From assembly GCF_006345805.1 (NCBI RefSeq), contig NC_043010.1, positions 48,546,001 through 48,610,000 of the forward strand: a stretch of 64,000 nt of DNA, written 5' to 3'. Origin of the DNA: Octopus sinensis (taxonomy: Eukaryota). Positions 40,106-53,751 of the stretch are shown in pieces. Position 1 is the stretch's first letter, and the number at the start of each line of letters is the position of its first letter. The translations under genes were made by a program, and so were the position numbers. Below the pieces are notes generated by a model. It did no database searches. It saw only the letters and a list, made by a program, of their open reading frames with translations, and had not been told where the DNA came from.

Positions 40106-40239
40106 CATATATATATATATATATATATTATATATAATATATATATATATATATAATTAAATATAATTAAGGGTTTAGCAACAAGTTGCTTCACCACACT
40201 GAAAATTTAGAAATAGCAACCAAAGACAGCTAATTCCTT
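39588..40239. repeat. Long inverted repeat (arms ~39588-39795 and ~39966-40239, ~170-bp spacer)
   Basis: AGGAATTAGCTGTATTTCTAAATTTTCAGTGTGGTGAAGCAACTTGTTGCTAAACCCTTA and ATTTCATTCAGTTAGTTTACA both have near-exact reverse complements in the right arm. Confidence 0.92.
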
Positions 40240-40341
40240 TATATATATAAAGACAGCTAATTCCTATATATATATATGAATGTGTGTGTAAACTAACTGA
40301 ATGAAATATTTTTTAACGTAAGATTTGTTTTGTTTCGTTAG

Positions 40342-40445
40342 GTCATTCAACCAATTTTGTGTTTGCTGTTCAATTGCCGTCAAATCAACCACAGGATTAT
40401 TGGATTGCCAAAGGAGCTGCACTAATATGCCAACTTTCAGATTAA
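40342..40445 (+). CDS. DNAH6: DNAH6-like terminal coding exon ([34 protein letters not shown])
   Basis: Acceptor tttcgttag|40342, phase 1; TAA at 40443-40445. GHSTNFV and WIAKG.AL.CQLS match the DNAH6 C-terminus. Not in the ORF track in this frame. Confidence 0.95.
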
Positions 40446-40562
40446 TTCACTGTTGTATAAAAAACAAAAAAAAATATAACCAACAAAATCATACAAAAAA
40501 TACATTGATCTTTTAAATAAGAACCTAATTGTTTTTCACACTTTGCTCTTTTTTTTTACTTC

Positions 40563-40568
40563 AATAAA
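40563..40568 (+). promoter_or_regulatory. Probable polyadenylation signal (AATAAA) of the dynein gene
   Basis: First AATAAA ~118 nt after the stop, in a T-rich context. Confidence 0.55.
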
Positions 40569-40866
40569 ATTCTTTCTATATCTATTGTGTATCTCAGCAT
40601 TGTCTTGGATTCATTTCAGCTGGGAAGGTCTGATTGCTATCATTGTTTTGGCTTAAGTTATCCCAAATTAAGTAGATCTCTGTTCAAAAATATTTCAGTT
40701 CTAACCTTAATATTTTCCAGTGAGTCCTTGCTTTTTAGGCAGCAGGATATGATTGGAGGAAGCTTAGCTGCCTTTTCTAGCAGGCCAAACAAAATTCAGT
40801 TCTTTTATGTTTTATCTTGTATTTGTTTCAGTTGTTGCACTGTGGCCATAATAAACACAGAGAAGT

Positions 40867-42576
40867 CACACACACAGATACACGCACATGCACATGCACA
40901 CACAGATACACGCACATGCACATGCACACACAGATACATGCACATGCACATGCACACACAGATACACGCACATGCACATGCACACACAGATACATGCACA
41001 TGCACACACAGATACACGCACATGCACATGCACACACAGATACATGCACATGCACATGCACACACAGATACACGCACATGCACATGCACACACAGATACA
41101 TGCACATGCACATGCACACACAGATACACGCACATGCACATGCACACACAGATACATGCACATGCACATGCCACACAGATACACGCACATGCACATGCAC
41201 ACACAGATACATGCACATGCACATGCACACACAGATACACGCACATGCACATGCACACACAGGACACGCATATGCACACACAGATACACGCAATGCACAT
41301 GCACACACAGATACATGCACATGCACATGCACACACAGATACACGCACATGCACATGCACACACAGATACACGCCATGCACATGCACACACAGATACACG
41401 CACATGCACATGCACACACCGATACACGCACATGCACATGCACACACAGATACACGCACATGCACATGCACACACAGATACACGCACATGCACATGCACA
41501 CACAGATACACGCACATGCACATGCACACACAGATACACGCATGCACATGCACACACAGATACACGCACATGCACATGCACACACAGATACACGCACATG
41601 CACATGCACACACAGATACACGCACACAAGATACACGCACGGCACATGCACACACAGATACACGCAATGCACATGCACACACAGATACACGCACATGCAC
41701 ATGCACACACAGATACACGCACATGACATGCACAACAGATACACGCACATGCACATGCACACACAGATACACGCACATGCACATGCACACACAGATACAC
41801 GCACATGCACATGCACACACAGATACACGCACATGCACATGCACACACAGATACACGCACATGCACATGCACACACAGATACACGCACATGCACATGCAC
41901 ACACAGATACACGCACATGCACATGCACACACAGATACACGCACATGCACATGCACACACAGATACTCGCACATGCACATACACACACAGATACACGCAC
42001 ATGCACATGCACACACAGATACACGCACATGCACATGCACACACGATACACGCACATGCACATGCACACACAGATACACGCACATGCACATGCACACACA
42101 GATACTCGCACATGCACATGCACCACACAGATACACGCACTGCACATGCACACACAGATACACGCACATGCACATGCACACACAGATACACGCACATGCA
42201 CATGCACACACAGATACACGCACATGCACATGCACACACAGATACACGCACATTGCACATGCACACACAGATACTCGCACATGCACATGCACACCAGATA
42301 CACGCACATGCACATGCACACACAGATACACGCACATGCACATGCACACACAGATACACGCACATGCACATGCACACACAGATACACGCACATGCACATG
42401 CACACACAGATACTCGCACATGCACATGCACACACAGATACTCGCACATGCACATGCACACACAGATACACGCACATGCACATGCACACACAGATACATG
42501 CACATGCACATGCACACACAGATACACGCACATGCACATGCACACACAGATACACGCACATGCACATGCACACACA
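40867..42576. repeat. 28-bp minisatellite (CACACACAGATACACGCACATGCACATG), ~61 copies
   Basis: Read directly; flanks resemble family 1 SINE halves. Confidence 0.95.
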
Positions 42577-43979
42577 TACATACTTGTGTGTTTCTGTGTG
42601 TGTATGTGTATGTGGCTTCTGTGATGGCTTCTACATAGTTTCCATCTGCCAAATTTGCTCACAAGGCATTGGTTGATCCAGAGTTATTAACCACACAGCG
42701 TGGAAGGTGTTTCTTAAATGTTAATTCCATGAGCAGGCTATGTATATCCATCTATCTATCTACCTCTATCTCTATATGTGTGTGTGTGTGTGTGTGTGTA
42801 TGTACATATAGCACATTGAGAATAAGTGTTCAACACTGCAGTGGTGGACAAAGATACTTTATATGAGTATTAAGGCTACCATTGGTTTCATGTTAAGGAG
42901 TGGTCTCAACAATTATCAAGCCTATCACATGGAACACTGTTGTTCATCTCTGGCTGATAATTGTTGAGGTATCCATTAGCATAAAACCAATGGTAGCCTT
43001 GTATACAAATAAAGTATCTCACACTCTCTCTCTTTCTTTATATATATATGTGTGTGTGTGTGTGTTGTGTGTGTGTATGTGTCTCTGCTCAGCTTCACCA
43101 CTGCTTGACAACTGATGTTGGTTTGTTCTCATACTCATAACTTAGTGGTTTGGCAATAGGCGCTGATAAAATAAATACCAGATTTAAAAACAAAAATAAG
43201 CACTAACATCAATTTGTTTGACTAAAACAATTTAACGCCAAAAGATAAATATATTTTCTAAAAATATCTATTTTCAAATATTTTTTTTATTTTTGTTTTA
43301 TCTGTAATTTCTTGTTATCACTTTTAGTTTTCATCTTGTAAAAGAAAAATGCCATGGGCAAATATATTTGATGGTCCACAGTAAATTGATTGCATGTAAT
43401 TACATCATAGTAAATCCATCACCTATAATTTCATTGCCCAGTAATTTCATTGCTTAATAATTACGTTGTGAGCTAATACATAGCTGGTGAATGTGTTGTA
43501 TGCATTGTCATGCCAAATACACCATCATTAAATTCAACGCCATGCTTATAGTGAAAGTTTTTAATGATTATTTGGAAATGAAGACGGGGATATGATACTT
43601 CCATCATTCAATCCCTTTCAGTATATTTAAATACTTACAGACATTATTCCTGGAAATTCGAATGTACATATTTTGTTTGCTGGTTTAAATAGTTAGGAAA
43701 AATTTAGCTTGTCAAAATGGCTGTCAATTGTGTTATAAGTGAAAGAACTGAGAGAAAAAAATCAAGACAAAGCAAAAAAGAAATATTGATTGTAATAATT
43801 TGTCAGTAAAAGGAAAGTTGGTATGGCTGTGTGGTAAGAAGCTTGCTTCCCAACCACATGGTTTTGGGTTGGTTCAGTCCCACAGTGTGGCATTTTGGGC
43901 AAGTGTCTTCTACTATAGCCTCGGGCTGACAAAGCCTTGCTAGTGGATTTGGTAGACAGAAAATGAAAGAAGCCTGTCA

Positions 43980-44073
<94 letters not shown>

Positions 44074-44558
44074 TGTGTTTTTCTTTCCTTCATCACATGA
44101 TAACTAATGCTGCTGTGTTTATGTCCCTGTAAAGTATCGGTTTGGCAAAAGGGATCAATAGAATAAGTACTAGGCTTAAAAAATAAGCCCTAGGGTTGAT
44201 TTGTTTGACTAAAATCCCTGAAGGTGGTGCTCCAGCATCACCAACGTCAAATGACTGAAGCAAGTAAAAGAATAAAAGTATTTAAAAATGGAACTAATAT
44301 TGATGTCAAATTTTGCGGGTTGGGGTAAGTCGATTACATCAGCTCTTTTACCTAACTGACCTCAAAAAAATGAAAGGCAAAGTCAACCTCAGCAGAATTT
44401 GAACTCAAAATGTAAAGATGAATGAAATGACACTAAGCATTTTGTCAGGCTTTTGCTGGCTCACTACCTTAAAAATGGGACTAATATTATGAAGGGTATT
44501 ATTTTGCGAAACTCTGAACTGGCAACTGAAAAGCAAATAGACACTCCCTCATTCAGTA

Positions 44559-44870
44559 TACATGGTCTGATCAATAAGTAACTGGACTGTTGCCATAGTA
44601 ACGAAGCTAAAGCATGCACAGTGAAGTGGCTTGGCACACAGATTGACCTTTAACTCTGCTGTGCATGCGCACTAAGTTTTAACATTCTAGATCACTTTCA
44701 CTGTTCGCAGCGGTGCTTGGAAGAAAAGTGTGTAGCATGTGATCATTGCATTGACTATGACAGAGAAAGCTGAGCAGAGAATATGCATCAAATTTTGCCA
44801 AAAGCTTGGCGATAACACTTCAGAGGCCTATGCAAAGTTTTCAAAATGTTTTCATCATTCTGTACACGAT
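44559..44870 (+). mobile_element. Mariner 5' fragment (TIR + transposase N-terminus)
   Basis: MTEKAEQRICIKFCQKLG..TSEAY matches the mariner N-terminal EQR..IKFC.KLG motif. Confidence 0.75.
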
Positions 44871-44949
44871 CAAAGAAATCTTGTGGAACTGAAACCCAAG
44901 GGCAGGATGGAAATATCGGTCAAAATAGAGGAAGGAGTCTAGTTGTTCA

Positions 44950-44981
<32 letters not shown>

Positions 44982-44994
44982 ATATATATATATA

Positions 44995-45282
44995 TCACGT
45001 GATCACGTGACCGACCAGACCATCAGATGTTGTTACACATCGCTGGTCACAATGCGTTCGCATTGTTTTAGCCTTCGAATGACGCCACCCCACTGGCTAA
45101 GCGAGCAGGCCAACAGAAGAAAGAGTGGGAGAAAGAGTGGTGAAAAAGTACAGCAGGGATCACCACCCCCTGCCGGAGCCTCGTGGAGCTTTTAGGTGTT
45201 TTCGTTCAATAAACACTCACAACGCCCGGTCTGGGAATCGAAATCGCGATCCTGCAACCTAACCATTAGGCCATTGTGCCTC

Positions 45283-45286
<4 letters not shown>
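44995..45286 (-). mobile_element. SINE family 3 copy (tail C variant) inserted in a (TA)n tract
   Basis: Reverse complement of 32367-32674 type; TA repeats on both sides. Confidence 0.8.
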
Positions 45287-45336
<50 letters not shown>

Positions 45337-46443
45337 TTTTAATCCAAACGGGAAAACAAAAAAACAACAACAATGGAACAATTACAGTATTATTATCAAT
45401 AGGCGCTCAGGAAATGGAAGCAGGAGGGTATATATATATATATATATTTATGAATGATGGGCTTCGTTTAGTTTCCACCTACCAAATTCACTCACAAGGC
45501 TTTGGTCACCCTGAGACAATACCAAAAGACATTTTGCCCAAGGTACGACACAGCGAGACTGAACCCTGAACCACGCGATTGAGAAGCACTCTTCATACTA
45601 TTTATCCATGCCTGTGCCTGATTATTGATTGAGTAGAGTCATTTCATTTTTAGTGCAAGATTACCCTTAATTGTTATCCAATGCAAAATAGACCAATATG
45701 CTGACAGCACTTTCAAGTTGGTTCTGCCTTTATTTCCTCAACAGTACATTACCATTTATAATGCTGTTGATGGCATTGTGAATGATAATGTTTTTTTTTT
45801 TTGTCTTTGTTACCAGTACTTTCATAGCCAGAAGAACTGAAGAGAGTAACAATGAGCTTTTATGCCAAGCTGTAATCCTTAGAGGCAACCTCATCTCGAC
45901 TATAGCAGATCTGAATGAGCTGCCAGAAATGCTTTGAGAGCAGTTTTGCCAAATTCAACCAAAAAGAGAAAAAAAAATAAAGAAAAAAGAAGTTATTTTT
46001 GCCATTTTTTCCTCATCTTGAACCATACAAAGAAATGGTTTACAACAATTATATGAAATGATGCAAAATTTGCTATGAAGATGTACATAATTGCCCTTAT
46101 TGCATTTGAATCTGTCTTAAAATATAGTTCTTTCTGAAGAAGCCTGGCCAGTCTTATATTATGTAAAAGATATGTAGATTAGATGTGTGGCTTGTTACTT
46201 TGTGTATCAACTTCCCCATTTTTATCTTACAGTTTGGAATTTTCAATTTCTTACTGCAGCCCAGGGAGATGCTTCTGAGAAAAGTGTAATTTTTGTGAAG
46301 GTTTACATCAATCTTACAGTAGACTGGTTGAGGCATTTCATCTTATAAACAGAAAATTTTCAGAAATCTTGAAGAAGAACAATTAATAACCAAACAATAT
46401 ATCCCTAGTGCAAAACCTCCTCATTACACACATGTGCTCGCAT

Positions 46444-46512
<69 letters not shown>

Positions 46513-47284
46513 ACACACACATTAAAGTGGCCATAATGCTTTATATAGATACAAAGCTAGTGTAGCAAGAATTCAATGCGTCATCAATGAATATCAAATC
46601 TTAGAATTACTGAGGCATTGACCATAATTAGTGTCTTTAGAATGATTCTTGCTTTTTCCAATTTAAGACTATTTTTCTCTTTATATTTTTATTTTGTTAT
46701 TCTGTCTTTCAAAGCAACTGATTTTTTTTTCTCTTCATGTATATTTTGATGAAATTTGATATTGATAATTCATTGCTCTTTGAATTTTCTTTTCATTGTT
46801 AATGAAATGTGGCATTTATTCTGTGAACACAAACTTTAAATAATATTTAACAATGTATTTACTCTGTGGATAAAAAGTACGACAATTAATTAAGTAATGT
46901 ATCTATTATGACGATGAATTTAGCAACACAATATTGGCTTGTGAAGTAATTACCTTGTGATGAAATCCTCAAACAATGATGCATTTACCATGATGTAATT
47001 ACTGATGAGGAATTTACAGAAATAAATTTCATACACCCCATGTTTGATGATTAATAAAAGACAATCGATATCTTATTATATTCTAAATATTAGCAAGTTT
47101 ACTTGCTATGCTGCACCGGGGACACATTTATAGAATTGATTTGCTTCTTATAAGAAGTTGCATGAACACTTACTTCTAATGATAACTAATTAACAAACTT
47201 TATTAATCGTCTAAAAATATATAATATGAAACTTTGTTTAACTTCAATCCTTAGTTATTTTGAAAACAAGCAAACTTAAATCTG

Positions 47285-47510
47285 TGTTGGTATGGTCATA
47301 GGACACATATGGATGAGGACAGCTGCTTAAAGAAGTGCTGATCTCTAATTGGGAAATGAACCTGTGGAAGAGGCACACCGAGGAAGACATGGAACAAAGT
47401 GGTGAGAAAGGATCTTCAGATGCTGAGCCTCCCTGAGGAGATGATAAGGGACCAGGACTTGTGGCAATTTGTTGTACTTGAGAAGACGTGTGAAGTTGAG
47501 TAAAATTGTA
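47285..47510 (+). mobile_element. RTE-clade LINE 3' coding remnant
   Basis: WYGHRTHMDEDSCLKKC*...CGRGTPRKTWNKVVRKDLQML...RDQDLWQFVVLEKT, typical RTE C-terminus with stops. Confidence 0.8.
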
Positions 47511-47713
47511 GCCATCCATACATACAGGCATGTCCTTTATAGCAATTCCCTCTCCCAGCCAAGGGGAATGAACACCGTTCCTCCATATGATTGGCTTGAA
47601 AAATTGCTAAGATATGAAGATATTTTTCTTTACATGAAACCAATGGTAGCCTTAATACACAAATAAAGAAAGTTTCTCCACCATTCTCATTGTTCAACAT
47701 TTACGAATATATG

Positions 47714-47799
<86 letters not shown>

Positions 47800-48233
47800 A
47801 ATATTTATTCATTCATGGGAAATTATACACTGATATAATTTTGAATTTGGCACAAGCTTGTTCAGCATTTAACACACAATGAGGTGAGTAAGGTTTTTAA
47901 CCCTAGGTATCTAGTGAAACCTGCTGATGAGAATTAAGAAATATCAAAATTCAAAATCATATGATATATAAACAAGTATATTTATTGCCTTAGTCTGTGG
48001 CTATCAGCTCAGATGATAAGTCCATTTCTTTGCTTGTTGCTTTTTTCTGTCAGTCTGTTATGGTTTCAGTGAAATGGTGGCTCATTAGAGGATTTTTGAC
48101 TCTTATTTTTAGCAAACTGGTTCTTAGTGTACCCTCAATTATAATTATAGATTAATTATAAAATCTATGGATTTGACCTTTATCAGTATAATTGCTTGCT
48201 GGCCACTTATATTTATTATTATTATTGTTATGG

Positions 48234-48283
<50 letters not shown>

Positions 48284-48340
48284 TATTTGACTACTTTAAT
48301 AATAGTAATAATATCTATATAAATATTTACTTGAATATTT

Positions 48341-48378
<38 letters not shown>

Positions 48379-48462
48379 TTGTATATTAAAAACTTTGATT
48401 TTATAGAAAATGTATCTTATTATAGATTATTGAATCACAAGTAATATTTTTACATTTTTCTA

Positions 48463-48486
48463 TCTCTATATATATAAAACTGAGAA

Positions 48487-48517
<31 letters not shown>

Positions 48518-50800
48518 TTCCCTAAAACTTGAGAACTACACAACCAATTTCATTCAAATTTTATACATGCCTTACTTAAGGTCCAGGGAGTGTTATCGGC
48601 AAAAAAATCTTAACTTTTTCCCTAGGGCGAGCCCACAGCAATATCATATCTTCTCCACTATTTCAATATTACGTGTTAAAAGTGAAACAAAAACATCTCT
48701 CTTTTGTAATGCTGACACTTTCACTATTAAAGTGAAAGTAGTATATAACAGGGATGAACCATTAACAATGGTCATCCATTTTGCTAGAAGAAGATCCGCT
48801 ATGGTCTTATATGCTACACCACTGGTTTTCAATTCATATTCAAATCAAATTAATATTCAAATCAAATTAATATTCAATTTTTCACCCTTATTATGTGTGT
48901 GTGTGTGTATTAGCAATTCGTATAAAATTGCATCAATGACTTGAACTTGAATAAGTGGTTTCACATAAATGGGGATAAATTAAAAAGGTTTGTTGTTATT
49001 ATTATTACTGTTTGACTATTGTAATCATGTTGTTGGTTCCTCGTCAGGAAACGTTGTTGTGTTTGTTAAATAATTGTAAACCGTAACCCTCCCCCTTTGG
49101 TTATTGTTTAAAAATTGAATTGTGTCCCTGTTTGGAGAAACTGACAATATTTTCACCGTCATACGGAAGTATTTTTGTTAAAATGCCTTCGATAGAAGAA
49201 AGTCCAAAAATGAATTTCGCTGCAGCCATACACTTCTATACAAGAGGGAGGACAAAATCCAATTGATCGAAATTGCAAGAGACGGGCCTACAATTCCAGT
49301 CTGTTATATATTTTGAGTATTATCACGAGCGATATCAAGATATAACTTTGTATTTTGTATTTTATGTGTAGATGTATATATATAGATGTACATGTAATAT
49401 GTACACATATATATACACATATATAAATGCATAATATATCTACCCATACACACATACATAGGGGCAGGTGTGGCTGTGTGGTAACAAACTACGTTCCAAA
49501 CACATGGTCCTGGGTTCAGTCCCACTGTGTGGTGACTTTGCATGTGTCTTCTGCTGTAGTCTCAGACCAACAAAAGCCTTCTCAGTGGATTTTATACATA
49601 TATGCAGGCGTACATACATATACATACATGCATACGTACATATTCGGCATAAACACTCTACCACTACAACTAATAACTGTTGGGAACACTTTCAAACCTG
49701 CCTTACATTCGAACCGGAATCTCAACGCCCGAGTTTTCCATCTCAAGTTAATCTCTCTCATGGAGCTCATACAAAAAGGGCAAGTCTTTGGGCCCATACA
49801 ATGTGACATGTACACAATCGAGTGGCAAAAAAGGGGCCTTCCACATGCTCATATCCTGCTTAGGCTCTCAGCGAAGATCAATTCCAATGGCATCGACAAC
49901 AACGAGGTTTTCTGGCGCATCTTTGGCTTTCCAATTCACCAACGACACCCCGCCACTCAACAGCTTGGAAAATGGTCAAAGAGTGTACTTCACCGATGCT
50001 AATGCTTCTCTGTTGGCAGAGGAACCAAGGGATAGTATACTCACGGCATTCTTCAAGCTTTGTCAAGTGGATCCATTCGCTCAAACCTTGCTGTATCCAC
50101 AGATTCCATCGTACTACACTTGGAATGGAAAAAAATGGGCCCCACGGAAAGCAGGTCAAAATGTTCATGGATACCCTGGCATTAAGTTTCACACTTGCCT
50201 TGGGCGAGTATACACAGTGCATCCCACTCAACAAGAGTGCTTCTACCTTCGTCTACTAGTGCAAGAGGTCAGAGGGCCAACGTATTTCCAGGCCCTAAAA
50301 ACCGTTCATGAATATGTCTGCACAACATACAGAGAAGCCTGCTATCGACAAGGTCTGTTAGAAGATGGTGCACAATAGGATGCAATTTTAGGAGAGGCTG
50401 CTTTATCACAATCACCTAAAAGTCTCAGGGCACTATTTGCAGTATTACTACAGGCATGCGAACTGTGTGATCCGGCCACACTATGGCTCCAATATAGAGA
50501 CAACCTGGCTGAAGACTTTCAGCGCTAAGCTCAACTGCTCTATCCTGACATGGAGGGTATCAGCAATGAAATCTATAACAAAACACTCATTGACATTGAA
50601 GACAGAATTGCTAAACTGGGTGGAAATGAATTTTCGACGTATGTCCTGCCACAAGCATTCAGGTCAGGGTCAAATAGCCTTCCCACTGCTGTCATTCGTG
50701 AAACAACCTACGACACTCAAGCGCTTTTAAATTACTTCCGGACCAGCTGCAGGCCTACAGAATAACTCTTGACAGTGTACGCTAAAGCGAGGGACTGAAT
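48463..50800 (+). mobile_element. Decayed, internally deleted Helitron (RepHel remnants ~49680-50800), interrupted by a SINE fragment (~49462-49600)
   Basis: a|TC 5' end followed by TATATATATAAAA-(TCTG)n. Rep motif YTIEWQKRGLPHAHILL; LENGQRVYF, LGRVYTVHP..QECFYLRLL, TYREAC...GLLED, LRALFAVLL, and start of helicase DQLQAY. Confidence 0.9.
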
Positions 50801-53192
50801 TTTTCAAAAAATTTTCAAAAAATTTTTCTAAAATTATTGGGGAAAATTTTCATAAAATTTTTTAAAATTATTCCGCAAAAATTTTTTGAAAAATTTTTTG
50901 AAAATTTTCCTCCAAAATTTTTTGAAAACTTTTTCGAAAATTTTCCACAAAAAGTTTTGAAAAATATTTAGAAAATTTTCGCCTAAATTTTTGAAAAATT
51001 TCTTGAAACTTTTTAGAAAATTTTCCTCAAAAAGTTTTGGAAAATTTATCCCGGAAATTTTTGAAAAATTTTTTGAAAATTTTCCCCAAAAATTTTTTGA
51101 AAACTCTTTCGAAAATTTTCCCCAAAAATTTTTTGAAAAATATTTTGAAAATTTTCCCCAAAAATTTTTTGAAAACTTATTTAAAAAATTTCCCCCAAAG
51201 TTTTTGAAATATTTTTAGAAAATTTTCCCCAAAATTTCAGAAAAATTTTTTGAAAAATTTCCACAAATATTTTTGAAAAATTTTTTGAAAATTTTCCCCA
51301 AAAATTTTTTGAAAAATTTTACGAAAATTTTCCCCAAAATTTTAACAATTTTTTAAAAAATTTTCCCCAAAATTTTAGAAAAATTTTTTGAAAATTTTCG
51401 CCCAAAATTTTAGAAAACATTTTCGGAAATTTTTCCCAAAAATTTTTCTAATATTTTTTGAAAATTTTCCCCAAAATTTTTTGAAAATGTTTTGAGCATT
51501 TTCCCCAAAAATTTTTTGAAAACTTTTTTGAAAATTTTCCCCAAATATTTTTTAAACCTTTTTGAAAAATTTTTCACAAGAATTTTCGAAAAATTTTTAG
51601 AAAATTTTCGCAAAAATTTTTGGGGAAAATTTTCAAAACATTTTCGAAAAATTATTCAAAAATTTTTGGGGAAAATTTTCAATAATTTTTCAAAGGTTTT
51701 TGGGGCAATTTTCAAAAAATTTTCAAAAATTTTTGGGGAAAATTTTCAAAACATTTTCGAAAAATTATTCAAAAATTTTTGGGGAAAATTTTCATAAAAT
51801 TTTTTAAAATTATTCCGCAAAAATTTTTTGAAAAATTTTTTGAAAATTTTCCCCAAAAATTTTTTGAAAACTTTTTCGAAAATTTTCCACAAAAAGTTTT
51901 GAAAAATATTTAGAAAATTTTCGCCTAAATTTTTGAAAAATTTCTTGAAACTTTTTAGAAAATTTTCCTCAAAAAGTTTTGGAAAATTTATCCCGGAAAT
52001 TTTTGAAAAATTTTTTGAAAAATTTTCCCCAAAAATTTTTGAAAACTTTTTCGAAAATTTTCCCCAAAATTTTTGAAAAATTTTTTGAAAATTTTCCTAA
52101 AAATTTTTGAAAACTTATTTAAAAAATTTCCCCCAAAGTTTTTGAAATATTTTTAGAAAATTTTCCCCAAAATTTCAGAAAAATTTTTTGAAAAATTTCC
52201 ACAAATATTTTTGAAAAATTTTTGAAAATTTTCCTCCAAAATTTTTGAAAACTTTTTCGAAAATTTTCCACAAAAAGTTTTGAAAAATATTTAGAAAATT
52301 TTCGCCTAAATTTTTGAAAAATTTCTTGAAACTTTTTAGAAAATTTTCCTCAAAAAGTTTTGGAAAATTTATCCCGGAAATTTTTGAAAAATTTTTTGAA
52401 AAATTTTCCCAAAAATTTTTGAAAAACTCTTTCGAAAATTTTCCCCAAAAATTTTTGAAAAATATTTTTGAAAATTTTCCTAAAAATTTTTGAAAACTTA
52501 TTTAAAAAATTTCCCCCAAAGTTTTTGAAATATTTTTAGAAAATTTTCCCCAAAATTTCAGAAAAATTTTTTGAAAAATTTCCACAAATATTTTTGAAAA
52601 ATTTTTTGAAAATTTTCCCCAAAAATTTTTGAAAAATTTTACGAAAATTTTCCCCAAAATTTTAACAATTTTTTAAAAAATTTTCCCCAAAATTTTAGAA
52701 AAATTTTTTGAAAATTTTCGCCCAAAATTTTAGAAAACATTTTCGGAAATTTTTCCCAAAAATTTTTCTAATATTTTTTGAAAATTTTCCCCAAAATTTT
52801 TGAAAATGTTTTGAGCATTTTCCCCAAAAATTTTTGAAAACTTTTTTGAAAATTTTCCCCAAATATTTTTTAAACCTTTTTGAAAATTTTTCACAAGAAT
52901 TTTCGAAAAATTTTTAGAAAATTTTCGCAAAAATTTTTGGGGAAAATTTTCAAAACATTTTCGAAAAATCATTCAAAAATTTTTGGGGAAAATTTTCAAT
53001 AATTTTTCAAAGGTTTTTGGGGCAAATTTTCAAAAAATTTTCAAAAATTTTGGGGCAAATTTTCAAAAAATTTTTCGAAAAGTTTTGGGGAAAATTTTAA
53101 AAAAATTTTTGAAAAATTTTTCGGAAAATTTTCAAAAACCTTTTCAAAAATTTTGTGGAAAATTTTCGAAAAATTTTTCAATAATTTTTGGG
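50800..53192. repeat. A/T-tract satellite (~35-bp monomer built of GAAAATTTTC palindromes) with ~942-bp and ~381-bp higher-order units
   Basis: Landmarks CATAAA at 50851/51793, GCCTAAA at 50981/51923/52304, ACGAAAA at 51321/52641. Confidence 0.88.
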
Positions 53193-53751
53193 AATCGAAA
53201 CTGCGATCCTCTGATCATGAATCTGCTGCCTTAACCACTGGGGCATTGCGCCTCTGATCTGCTAATAAAATTAGTCAAATTTAGGAAATAAAATAATAAA
53301 ATATGAGTTATTTTTAAATATGTTCATTTTTATATATATGTTTCTTGTCTTTTATTTGTTTCATGTCTTTTATTTGTTTCAGTCATTAGATAGCAGCCAT
53401 GCTGGAGCAACACCTTGAAGAATTTCTAGTCAAATGAATTGAGCTAAGTAGTTATTTTTGTGTAAGCCTGGTACTTATATCATCAGTCTCTTTTGCCAAA
53501 CTGCTAATTTATGGGGTTTTAAACACACCAACACTGGTTGTCAAGCAGTGACAGAGGACAAACACGCACGCACACACACACACAACATGTTTCTTTCATT
53601 CCTACTTCTAGCTATTTTACTTCAGATTTACATGTTAATGCATACTGTTATTCTATCATGGCTATAGATTTGAGGTGTGTCAATGTAAGAAAATGTTTTT
53701 TCCATTCAGGAGTGGTGCAGGAGTGGCTGTGTGGTGAGTAGCTTGCTTACC

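Noticed and set aside
40587-42676. Several 380-620 aa His/Cys-rich ORFs (metallothionein-like)
   Set aside because: The 28-bp array lacks stop codons in any frame, so all frames stay open; this is a repeat artefact.
45700-47220. Exons or 3' UTR of a neighbouring gene
   Set aside because: Only short frames with no recognisable homology or consistent splice pairs; cannot be supported from sequence alone.
47244-47531. 95-aa minus-strand ORF as a terminal exon
   Set aside because: It is the antisense of an RTE LINE C-terminal remnant on the plus strand.
50991-53234. K/F/N/E-rich ORFs
   Set aside because: Translations of the A/T-tract satellite.
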